DNA of 64,000 nucleotides from a virus. Lineage: Duplodnaviria; Heunggongvirae; Uroviricota; Caudoviricetes. Where the stretch lies: IMG/VR virus record IMGVR_UViG_638275541_000001; one strand, given 5' to 3'. Positions within the stretch are counted from its first letter, which is position 1; the number at the start of each line of letters is the position of its first letter. A program made the translations under genes and the position numbers. The notes beneath the pieces were generated by a model. It ran no database searches. It had not been told where the DNA came from and worked only from the letters and a program-made list of their open reading frames with translations. Of the stretch, positions 42,860 to 50,888 are shown piece by piece.

Positions 42860-43603
42860 ATGAGTAATATTATCGCATTTACTGGAAAGGCACGTTCTGG
42901 AAAAGACACCTCATGTTCTATTGTGAAGAACATCTTAGAGGATGAGTACGGCTACAATGTTGAAGTAATGGCCTTTGCAGACAACCTTAAACTATCTGCA
43001 TCAAAGATATTTGACTTGACTTGGAATGACCTGTACGGTGAAACTAAAGAGACTCCACAGGTTTTTGACTTATCATATCCTGAACTGATGTTTAAAGTTA
43101 CGGAAGCTATGGAGTTCACCTTCAGAGATGAACGTTACCATATGGACTTCAAGCTTATGTCAGAGTTAACCGGACGATTAATCATGGAGCTTAAGAAGGT
43201 TGCTAAACCGACTCTATTGACACGTTTGGGGTTTAGCAAAAAGTATAAATTCTCATCAAGACAAATTCAACAGATTTGGGGTACTGAAGTTGTCCGTAAA
43301 GTAATGGGCGACAAGTTCTGGTCTAAAGACCTTGAAAAAAGAATGGTTAGATTCTATGAAATGTGCTCACTTAGAAATCAATATGGTTTTGTCTTAATCA
43401 GTGATTTAAGATTTGACTCTGAAGCTGAATGGCTGAGTAGATTTGCACACCAAACTATTGAAGTAAAAAGAGACAATGTGGACAAAGTTTCATCACATGT
43501 TTCAGAAAATGGGATTTCTACAAAATATGAGCGTGACATTATTCATAATAATGGTACTCTTGCAGACCTTGAGAACAAGCTAAGAGCCACCATTAAAGTT
43601 TAA
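42860..43603 (+). CDS. deoxynucleoside monophosphate kinase-like P-loop kinase
   Basis: N-terminal IIAFTGKARSGKDT resembling T4 dNMP kinase P-loop. Confidence 0.55.
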   Translation: MSNIIAFTGKARSGKDTSCSIVKNILEDEYGYNVEVMAFADNLKLSASKIFDLTWNDLYGETKETPQVFDLSYPELMFKVTEAMEFTFRDERYHMDFKLMSELTGRLIMELKKVAKPTLLTRLGFSKKYKFSSRQIQQIWGTEVVRKVMGDKFWSKDLEKRMVRFYEMCSLRNQYGFVLISDLRFDSEAEWLSRFAHQTIEVKRDNVDKVSSHVSENGISTKYERDIIHNNGTLADLENKLRATIKV

Positions 43604-43611
43604 AAGAGAGA

Positions 43612-43812
43612 ATGAAGATGAGAGTAAAAGACAATTTTAAAGTTATTGACCACCGTTTAGTGGAACTCTCATCTCTTTCCAATGAGGTAATGATTGAACG
43701 TCTTAAGAGAGTTGAATCACGAAGGAAAGAGATTGCAGATGAAATTCATGAACTGGACAAGATTGAAAATGGATTGAAGGCAGAACTACAACGAAGAGGT
43801 GCTAATGTCTAA
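43612..43812 (+). CDS. hypothetical coiled-coil protein
   Basis: 66-aa ORF. Confidence 0.35.
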   Translation: MKMRVKDNFKVIDHRLVELSSLSNEVMIERLKRVESRRKEIADEIHELDKIENGLKAELQRRGANV

Positions 43813-45790
43813 AGGTCGTAAATTGAAAGAGGCTGGTCAGTTTATTGGTCATTGTGCATGTCCACGTTGTGGTTCATCAGATGCTGGTTCAATCTATCAT
43901 CATGACGATGATTCTTATTCGATGACTTGCTTTAGTTGTAACAAAGGTTTCCCAGAGTGGGATTTTGATAAAGGACAAATCGTGAGCACTTATTCTACTG
44001 GTTCAGACAATAAAAACCGTACTTTCCGTGGAATGGATTTAGAAGATGTCAAAGAAAACCTAGAAGCAATGGACTTGAAAGATAGGAAGATTCCTGCAAA
44101 AGTCCTTGAACGCTTAGGTATCAAGGTTGACATTGACAGTGACGGTGAAATTGATGCACACTTCTATCCAACTTACAAACGTAATGAAGATGGTAAGCTA
44201 GAACATGTTGGCTACCGTGTTCGTCACCGTTACCCAGAAGACCATCCAAAAGAACACCTACGAGGTAAGCTAAAAGACTTTTCAGGTGGTGTTGGAGACA
44301 TTAAAGGTGAACTGGCAATGTTCGGTTCATGGATTGCTCCAGAAGGTGGTAACCGTCTATTCATCTGGGAAGGTGAGATGGAATGTGCGACAGCAATCTA
44401 TATGACTTCTCTTGCGATTAAGGACAAGTCTCGTCGTAAGAATTACTGTCACGTATCTGTTCCATCAGGTGCAAACATTAAGTCTATCAAAGACAACTAT
44501 CAGTACATTACATCATTTGATGAAATTTACTTGTGCTTTGATAACGATGAAGCAGGTGCTAAAGCCACTAAAGAGGCTGCTGGCATTCTCCCTATTGAGA
44601 AGGTTCGTTTATTCCAGTATCCAGAGGGTGTAAAAGACCTTAACGAATGGTGGACAAAGTTCTATAAAGAGAAAGATACAGTTCTGGAAGGATTTAAGCA
44701 GCGTATCTACAATGCACCCCGTTACTGCCCTGCTGGTATCAAGAACTTCGCAGATGGTTTTGAGGCAATGAAGAACCGTGGTCAGATTCCATTGATTCCT
44801 TTCCCAGAATCTTTCGGAGATTTGAACAGGCTGACTTATGGCGGTTACGGTTTAGGTGAGATTACAACTCTGGCAGCACCATCTTCAGTGGGTAAATCTG
44901 CATACACTCGTGAAATGATTTACACTGCTTGGAAGGATACCGATTACAATATTGGTGTAATTCCTGTTGAAGATACCTATGAAGAGTTGATGGAGATGCT
45001 CTGTGCAATCCACCTGAGCAAGCAGATTTCTGAGATTCCTTATGACGAACGTGATTGGGATGAATTGAAGGGAGCGCACGCAGAACTATCTAAAGGTCGT
45101 CGTATCCACATCGTAGACCATCAAGGGGCAATTGACCAAGATAACTTACTGGAGTTTGTTGACTATCTTGTTAATAGCTTAGACTGTAAGATTATTATTC
45201 TTGACCCTATTACGTTGGCTCTGTCACGTTCAGATACGGATGAAGAGGAAGTTTTGTCTGAGCTATTGCGTCGTTGCAAACGCTACCAGTATGCACAAGT
45301 GAACGTCTGTCACGTTCGTAAGAGTGCAGGTGGTCAGAAGGCTAACTCTGAAGGTGGGGATATCTCTGAAGAGGATATTAAAGGCTCTGGTGCGTATTTC
45401 CAGATTTCTATGAACAACATTCTGTTAATGCGTAACAAGGTTGACCCAGACCCTGTTAAGAAAAACTTGACAAAAATCAAGCTAACTAAATGTCGTCGTC
45501 ACGGTAAGTCAACGGGTATTGCTGGTCATACTTGGTACAATCCAGATACAGGACGCCTCATCAAAGCATCTGGTTGCGGAGTTGACATTGATGGTGCAGC
45601 AGAAAATATTCGCCAACAGTTTGGTATTGGTGAAGCTGAAGACCATTACGATGACTCTTTGCCACATTATGAGGATGAAGTGTTTGACCGTGAGACTGGT
45701 GAAGTCTATACTGAAGAGCAGCGTCAAAGCTCAACGATTCCACCTGTATTAAGTGAGGATGCAGATGACTGCCCATTCGAAACTGAGTGA
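43805..45790 (+). CDS. DNA primase-helicase (zinc finger, TOPRIM, DnaB-like)
   Basis: CPRCGS...CFSCNKG zinc ribbon; TOPRIM-like IWEGEMECATA and LCFDNDEAG; Walker A LAAPSSVGKSAYT. Confidence 0.75.
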   Translation: MSKGRKLKEAGQFIGHCACPRCGSSDAGSIYHHDDDSYSMTCFSCNKGFPEWDFDKGQIVSTYSTGSDNKNRTFRGMDLEDVKENLEAMDLKDRKIPAKVLERLGIKVDIDSDGEIDAHFYPTYKRNEDGKLEHVGYRVRHRYPEDHPKEHLRGKLKDFSGGVGDIKGELAMFGSWIAPEGGNRLFIWEGEMECATAIYMTSLAIKDKSRRKNYCHVSVPSGANIKSIKDNYQYITSFDEIYLCFDNDEAGAKATKEAAGILPIEKVRLFQYPEGVKDLNEWWTKFYKEKDTVLEGFKQRIYNAPRYCPAGIKNFADGFEAMKNRGQIPLIPFPESFGDLNRLTYGGYGLGEITTLAAPSSVGKSAYTREMIYTAWKDTDYNIGVIPVEDTYEELMEMLCAIHLSKQISEIPYDERDWDELKGAHAELSKGRRIHIVDHQGAIDQDNLLEFVDYLVNSLDCKIIILDPITLALSRSDTDEEEVLSELLRRCKRYQYAQVNVCHVRKSAGGQKANSEGGDISEEDIKGSGAYFQISMNNILLMRNKVDPDPVKKNLTKIKLTKCRRHGKSTGIAGHTWYNPDTGRLIKASGCGVDIDGAAENIRQQFGIGEAEDHYDDSLPHYEDEVFDRETGEVYTEEQRQSSTIPPVLSEDADDCPFETE

Positions 45791-45860
45791 TAGTTATAAA
45801 AGAGAGGGGTTCACACCCTTCTTTGAAGAAAAAAGTTTAAATAAATTTCAGGAAGAGTGT

Positions 45861-45889
45861 TTGACAAAGATTGATAGGTTCTATAGAAT
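45861..45889 (+). promoter_or_regulatory. sigma70-like promoter (TTGACA-N17-TAGAAT)
   Basis: consensus-like hexamers upstream of small ORF 46043-46192. Confidence 0.4.
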
Positions 45890-46042
45890 GCTCCTCATGA
45901 AATGCGATGGAGAGGTTGAGATAAAAGAAGATTTTCACCAGAGCATGATTACAGTCATCATTGCGCTGCCTCAGCATAATATTAGTTGGCTGTTTATAAT
46001 TAAAGAAAATGTGTTTGAATATCAAGTATATCGGAGAATATC

Positions 46043-46192
46043 ATGAAACACTCTAAAGCATTTGAAAAAGTTTTTGGGGATTCCTTAAAAGCCACTGCTG
46101 GAAAACCAGCAAAATACTATGAAGAGAAACGTGTAAGAACTGGAAAAACTGCACGTAAAGCAGCTTCTAAAGATAAGCACAACTTCCAGTAA
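46043..46192 (+). CDS. small basic ORF (49 aa)
   Basis: ATG with RBS GGAGAA; Lys/Arg-rich; below ORF-track cutoff. Confidence 0.3.
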   Translation: MKHSKAFEKVFGDSLKATAGKPAKYYEEKRVRTGKTARKAASKDKHNFQ

Positions 46193-46199
46193 TTAGTAT

Positions 46200-46237
46200 T
46201 TGACAATAGAGTATCAACAAATTAGAATTGATACTCT
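46200..46237 (+). promoter_or_regulatory. sigma70-like promoter with 9-bp-arm palindrome over the -10 region
   Basis: TTGACA-N17-TAGAAT (46200-46228); palindrome GAGTATCAA...TTGATACTC (46210-46237). Confidence 0.5.
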
Positions 46238-46264
46238 TCATAAATTGAGATAGAGGTTTAAATA

Positions 46265-47122
46265 ATGTCTAAAGTTGTTAAAATGAAAGCTCCGGTAGAG
46301 AAGTACAACGGTACTGAACGTCAAACTCTGCGTTACCTGCTGAAAGATGTCTGGTTTTATTACCTGAACACTTCACCACGTCCGGGTAAAGGTAAATCTA
46401 TTGACAAGAAATTCCCAGGAAAAGATTGTAACTACAGCGTATCAATTCTGGCAGAAGACGGTAACAAACTGTTTAAAGAGTTTACTAAGTCTAAGAAAAA
46501 TCCAGAAGGCTGGGATAAAGTCACTACTGAAGCAGTTGATGCAGACGACTTCGAAGAGAAGTTTGGTTGTAAGCCACCTTTTGAAGCAGACACTTACTAC
46601 ATCTTGAAAGTAAGTCGTGCAGCAGCTTATAAAGATGGTGCTGTATGGACAGCTAAACAGTCATTCCCTGTAATGCTGATTGAAGAAGTAAATGGTAAGC
46701 GTGTAGCTGTTAAGCAGCCGATGAAGAAAATCAAAGCTCAAGCATCTGATAAACATGAAGATGACAAGAACTATGACGTAATTCATCCAGATATCGCAGT
46801 TGGTAACGGTTCTTTTGGTAGTGTGATTCTTTCTACTCACTTCTACACTTTTGAGAACAATGTTTTGACAAAACCTATTCAGGAACAGTTTATCATTGAT
46901 ACTCTTGTACCTTACACTGGCGGTAACGGTGCTAATGGTGAACCTGAACTTGATGAAGATGAACTGGCTATGCTTGGTCTTGATGGTGTTGAAGATAACG
47001 GTGAAATCACTGAAGAAGACGCAACAGACCATAAACCTTCGAACGCTTCTGATGATGGTGATGATGAAGATTTGCCAGACCCAGATGACGAAGAAGATGA
47101 AGACTTCGATACAGAAGACTAA
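46265..47122 (+). CDS. single-stranded DNA-binding protein (putative, acidic C-terminal tail)
   Basis: 285 aa; extremely acidic C-terminus DDGDDEDLPDPDDEEDEDFDTED as in T7 gp2.5/T4 gp32-type SSBs; strong promoter and RBS. Confidence 0.45.
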   Translation: MSKVVKMKAPVEKYNGTERQTLRYLLKDVWFYYLNTSPRPGKGKSIDKKFPGKDCNYSVSILAEDGNKLFKEFTKSKKNPEGWDKVTTEAVDADDFEEKFGCKPPFEADTYYILKVSRAAAYKDGAVWTAKQSFPVMLIEEVNGKRVAVKQPMKKIKAQASDKHEDDKNYDVIHPDIAVGNGSFGSVILSTHFYTFENNVLTKPIQEQFIIDTLVPYTGGNGANGEPELDEDELAMLGLDGVEDNGEITEEDATDHKPSNASDDGDDEDLPDPDDEEDEDFDTED

Positions 47123-47141
47123 TCTCTAAAAGTTACTTTAA

Positions 47142-47170
47142 AGCCCTGTACTTAGTATGGGGCTTTTTCA
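47142..47170 (+). terminator. rho-independent terminator
   Basis: AGCCCTG...GGGGCT hairpin followed by TTTTT. Confidence 0.5.
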
Positions 47171-47184
47171 TATGGAGAGCCATA

Positions 47185-48231
47185 ATGGAGAAGTACACAT
47201 TAACAAAACTTCCCGATTCAGTTACACATGTTTTTATTGACTCTGATAGTATTGCCTATAAAGGTGCTTGTGTAGTTGAGAAAGCAAAATATAAATATGT
47301 CAATAAACTCACAGCAGAAGAATCTGATTCGTTTGATAATGCAAAAGATGCTGCAAGATGGTTAGCAGACCAGAGAATCCTTGTGGAAGAGCTTGGCCTG
47401 ACATTTGATGAAGATGAATGGGAAAGACAGACTTGGAAAGAAGCTAAGAGTGAAAAAGAAGCTATCATGGCTACTCAACAGGTGCTTCAGGAATGGCTTA
47501 AGATTGTTGGTAAAGAAAGAACTTGGGTAGGTTATTTAACAGAGAAAGGTGTGCATAAACATAAAGACATTAAAGGTCTTGAGCACCAATATCAAGGGAA
47601 CCGTAAAGATGCTGTCACACCAACACACTTAGTTGCTTGTCGTGAGTATCTTCTGTCAAGACCAGAGTTCAAATTGATTCTTGATGGGTTTGAAGCTGAC
47701 TCTATCGTAATTGCTAAAGCTGAAAAGATGGGTAAAAAGGCTGCCTTAATGAGTATTGATAAAGACCTTCGCCAAGCTGAAGGCACTTACTGCATTGATA
47801 TGACCTATGAAAAATCACCTTTAATTTTTATTGCTGATAACAATGTTGGTGAAATATGGGATTGCCCAATAAAATCAACACCAAAAGCTAAGAAGACAGT
47901 TGGGGTAGGTTTTAAATTTCTTTGCTATCAAGCCGTGGCTGGTGATAATGCGGATAATTATTTTGGTTTAAAGGGTGTTGGCAAGGTTACTATAATGAAA
48001 GCCCTTGAGGGTAAAACCACTTACAAAGAGTGTCTTGATGCAATTTATGAGCTTTATGCTAAGAAAGAGTCGTACACTTATGTCTCGTGGGATGGTCAAA
48101 CAATTACCAGAACACCCTTAGAGTTAATGCAGCAACACTTTTTCTTAGCTTATCAGGAAAGAAATAAGAAAGACGATTTCACTTTTGATAAGTATGGGTG
48201 GACACCAAATGTTAACTCAACAAACTCTTAA
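47185..48231 (+). CDS. 5'-3' exonuclease / flap endonuclease (RNase H-like)
   Basis: H3TH-type motif AGDNADNYFGLKGVGKVTIMKAL; acidic N-terminal region. Confidence 0.65.
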   Translation: MEKYTLTKLPDSVTHVFIDSDSIAYKGACVVEKAKYKYVNKLTAEESDSFDNAKDAARWLADQRILVEELGLTFDEDEWERQTWKEAKSEKEAIMATQQVLQEWLKIVGKERTWVGYLTEKGVHKHKDIKGLEHQYQGNRKDAVTPTHLVACREYLLSRPEFKLILDGFEADSIVIAKAEKMGKKAALMSIDKDLRQAEGTYCIDMTYEKSPLIFIADNNVGEIWDCPIKSTPKAKKTVGVGFKFLCYQAVAGDNADNYFGLKGVGKVTIMKALEGKTTYKECLDAIYELYAKKESYTYVSWDGQTITRTPLELMQQHFFLAYQERNKKDDFTFDKYGWTPNVNSTNS

Positions 48232-48709
48232 AGAGCACCTGCACTATGACCCCGAAACAGGGGTCTTTACTTGGTTAGTTGATAGAAAAGGTAAGGCCAA
48301 AGCTGGCTCAGTAGCAGGTTTTAAACACCATAGCGGTTATATCTATATAAAACTCTTCGGAAAAAGATATGCAGCACACAGGCTGGCATTCTTGTATATG
48401 AAAGGATACCTCCCAAAATTTGTTGACCACAAGAATTGTATCAGATACGACAACTGGTTCGACAATTTGAGAGAGTGTAGCAGGTCAGACAACAACTGTA
48501 ATGCAGTCAAAAGAAGAGATAATAAGTCTGGTGTGAAGGGTGTATATTACCACAAGCAAAGAGGTAGATGGGCTGCACAAGTTAAGCATAATAAAGTTTG
48601 CTACCATCTAGGTCTATTTGACTCTGTTGCTGAGGCTGAAGAAGTTGTCAAAAAGAAAAGAGAAGAACTTCATAGAGAGTTTACAAATCACGGAGAAGCT
48701 CATGAATGA
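48209..48709 (+). CDS. HNH homing endonuclease with AP2 domain
   Basis: AHRLAFLYMKGY...VDHKNCIRYDNWFDNL then SGVKGVYYH...RWAAQV...LGLFDSVAEAEE; start moved to ATG 24 nt inside track ORF. Confidence 0.7.
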   Translation: MLTQQTLKEHLHYDPETGVFTWLVDRKGKAKAGSVAGFKHHSGYIYIKLFGKRYAAHRLAFLYMKGYLPKFVDHKNCIRYDNWFDNLRECSRSDNNCNAVKRRDNKSGVKGVYYHKQRGRWAAQVKHNKVCYHLGLFDSVAEAEEVVKKKREELHREFTNHGEAHE

Positions 48710-49206
48710 TTAAAGTTAAAGGTTTTGGGAGTTGTCCAACTTATGGACATTGGATTTCACTATGTGGTGAAGTTGACCCAGCAAAGCACTTTGGTTTTGT
48801 CTACCTAGTGTACTGCAAAAAGACTGGACAGTACTATTTGGGTAAAAAACAGCTTAACAGTGTGACCAAAAGAAAAGTTGCTGGTAAGACTCGGAAGAAG
48901 ATAGTCACTAAGGAAAGTGATTGGATGACTTATGAGACTTCTTCTGATTATATTAAAAAAGATATTGAAAGCTTTGGAAAGGAATCTTTTGACTTTTACA
49001 TTATCCAAACCTACTACACAAAAGGTGGCCTAGTTTATGGTGAAGCAAACCTTCAACATAAGTTCGATGTAATGACAAAAAGGATTGACTCGAAGCTCAG
49101 ACTCTTCTACAATGCCAATATTGCAGCAATTAAGTTTATTACTAAAGAAACTTATGAAGATGCTGAAAAAAGAATCCATAAGGTAATGAAAGCAAATCGT
49201 GCTTGA
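48706..49206 (+). CDS. GIY-YIG-type homing endonuclease (putative)
   Basis: N-terminal FVYLVYCKKTGQYYLGKK resembles the GIY...YIG motif. Confidence 0.45.
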   Translation: MIKVKGFGSCPTYGHWISLCGEVDPAKHFGFVYLVYCKKTGQYYLGKKQLNSVTKRKVAGKTRKKIVTKESDWMTYETSSDYIKKDIESFGKESFDFYIIQTYYTKGGLVYGEANLQHKFDVMTKRIDSKLRLFYNANIAAIKFITKETYEDAEKRIHKVMKANRA

Positions 49207-49227
49207 TAACTATTGAGAGAGAATAAA

Positions 49228-49476
49228 ATGTTTAACAAAAGTAAAGCTGTAAGTCATGTAGCAAAAGTTGACAGCAAGATTGAAGAACTTGAGCGCATCC
49301 TTGCAAATGCTAGAGAGTCAATAATTAAAGAAGTTGAAGCTGTTGAATCTCAAATGCAGCACCTAATGCTTAAACGTCAAGAGCTACGTGAGCATCTAGA
49401 ATATATTGAAACACGAGAGCTAAAGGTTAACAAATATTTTAAGGAGTCCGAATGTTTAACTCAAGAGAATCAGTAA
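49228..49476 (+). CDS. hypothetical coiled-coil protein
   Basis: start moved to ATG 15 nt inside track ORF; RBS GAGAGAGA. Confidence 0.4.
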   Translation: MFNKSKAVSHVAKVDSKIEELERILANARESIIKEVEAVESQMQHLMLKRQELREHLEYIETRELKVNKYFKESECLTQENQ

Positions 49477-50207
49477 AAAACTGGAACCTTCGTTGTGGAA
49501 ACACTCAAAAGCAACCTTACAGTGATGAGTATTGGGAATCTTTAAAATCTCAATCTCTGTGTATGCTTGAAGAAGCAAAAGAGCTTGTAAAAGCAATTGA
49601 AGAGAAAGACCCCATTGAGACGCTGGATGCTCAGGCAGATTTACAATATGTTCTTGACGGCTTGATTTACCTGTCACAACATGACCATAACGGTGCTATG
49701 AAAGCTGTTTGTCATAATAATGACCTGAAGTACACAGATGATTATGAAGAAGCTTTAAAACGTCTTGCAGACATTGAAAAGCGTACTGGTCAAGAGTGTA
49801 TTATCAGAATGTCAGTAGTTGATGGTAAAGAGTGGTATGCGATTGTTCGTGAAGCCGATGGGAAGATTATGAAGCAATCAAATCTCCCTAAAGTACAGCT
49901 TGGTGAATACATTGTAGAGCTTGAAAGCCAAGAACTTTTTGTGGTAGTATCTGAGACATGCGTTATCTGCAAAGGTATTGTAGGTAGCTTAAAGGATTTG
50001 GGTGTAGATGGTTTTGTAGAAGTTAATCCAATCACCTCTAAAGCAGATAAAGACTTCTGTAAAGAGAATGGACTATGGATTGCAGATATTGTCTACTATG
50101 ATGGTGAGCAGTTCCATGTAACCTCATACCCGAAACTGAATTATGATGCTAATAACCTGAAGTGCTGGTTAAAAGGGGTTGGTTATAATGGATTCACAGA
50201 ACATTAA
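49452..50207 (+). CDS. hypothetical protein with possible MazG-like N-terminal domain
   Basis: RBS AAGGAG; N-terminal EEAKELVKAIEEKDPIETLDAQADLQYVLDG resembles all-alpha NTP pyrophosphohydrolase pattern; weak. Confidence 0.4.
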   Translation: MFNSRESVKNWNLRCGNTQKQPYSDEYWESLKSQSLCMLEEAKELVKAIEEKDPIETLDAQADLQYVLDGLIYLSQHDHNGAMKAVCHNNDLKYTDDYEEALKRLADIEKRTGQECIIRMSVVDGKEWYAIVREADGKIMKQSNLPKVQLGEYIVELESQELFVVVSETCVICKGIVGSLKDLGVDGFVEVNPITSKADKDFCKENGLWIADIVYYDGEQFHVTSYPKLNYDANNLKCWLKGVGYNGFTEH

Positions 50208-50511
50208 TAAAGAGGGTGTGGCTCAGAAGAGCCACTTCTCAAACTACAATATTTCTATGACGGTGTTTATGAATGACCCGTTACTAGAAAAATATGGTGA
50301 GACTCCAGATACACTTCTGGACAATGAACAAGTTTTAAAAGCAGTCCTGTACAAATACGGGATTGATATTGAGAAAGAGTATTCCTTTGAAATCTGCCAA
50401 CACAGGAATACTTTCGGTAAAGTTGTGATGGCTCCACTCTTTATGGGTGTAGAAAGGACTGACTATGGTTGGTTGTATCTAAAAAGAAACTTGGAGAAAT
50501 ACCGTGTCTAA
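50179..50511 (+). CDS. hypothetical protein
   Basis: 110-aa ORF, non-ATG start in track; true start uncertain. Confidence 0.35.
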   Translation: MVIMDSQNINKEGVAQKSHFSNYNISMTVFMNDPLLEKYGETPDTLLDNEQVLKAVLYKYGIDIEKEYSFEICQHRNTFGKVVMAPLFMGVERTDYGWLYLKRNLEKYRV

Positions 50512-50842
50512 AGCAAAAAAGCTATCTTATGATGACATTATCTCAGGTGCTAAATTAGGTGTTGATAGTATCGGACAAGATGTTAAGCACGGGGACACAG
50601 TTATGTACTGTGATGACCGAAGAGGCAGAAGTGCAATCTTGTTTGGAAGAATTGTTTGCAAGATGCGAGGTAATTACGTTGTTGCAGACATGGATGTGAA
50701 CGTTACACAAAAACTTGAAACACTTATGGATGATAATACACCATCATGGTTCTCCCTGAATTGTATGCACACTTCTTCAGTCACAAGAGTAAGTGATAAG
50801 TTTTACGATATGTGGCAGAATGAGCAAATTTTCAAGATTTAA
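50504..50842 (+). CDS. hypothetical protein
   Basis: 112-aa ORF, GTG start in track. Confidence 0.35.
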   Translation: MSKAKKLSYDDIISGAKLGVDSIGQDVKHGDTVMYCDDRRGRSAILFGRIVCKMRGNYVVADMDVNVTQKLETLMDDNTPSWFSLNCMHTSSVTRVSDKFYDMWQNEQIFKI

Positions 50843-50847
50843 ACTAG

Positions 50848-50870
50848 GGAGCCTCTTCGGAGGCTCTTTT
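50848..50870 (+). terminator. rho-independent terminator
   Basis: GGAGCCTC-TTCG-GAGGCTC followed by TTTT. Confidence 0.6.
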
Positions 50871-50888
50871 CATCTGTAGGACTCAAAA

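Noticed and set aside
45753-46046. 97-aa ORF overlapping the 3' end of the primase-helicase gene
   Set aside because: GTG start inside the primase coding region, no RBS, and a near-consensus promoter (45861-45889) lies inside it; the short ORF at 46043-46192 is a better candidate product of that promoter. Not excluded, only doubtful.
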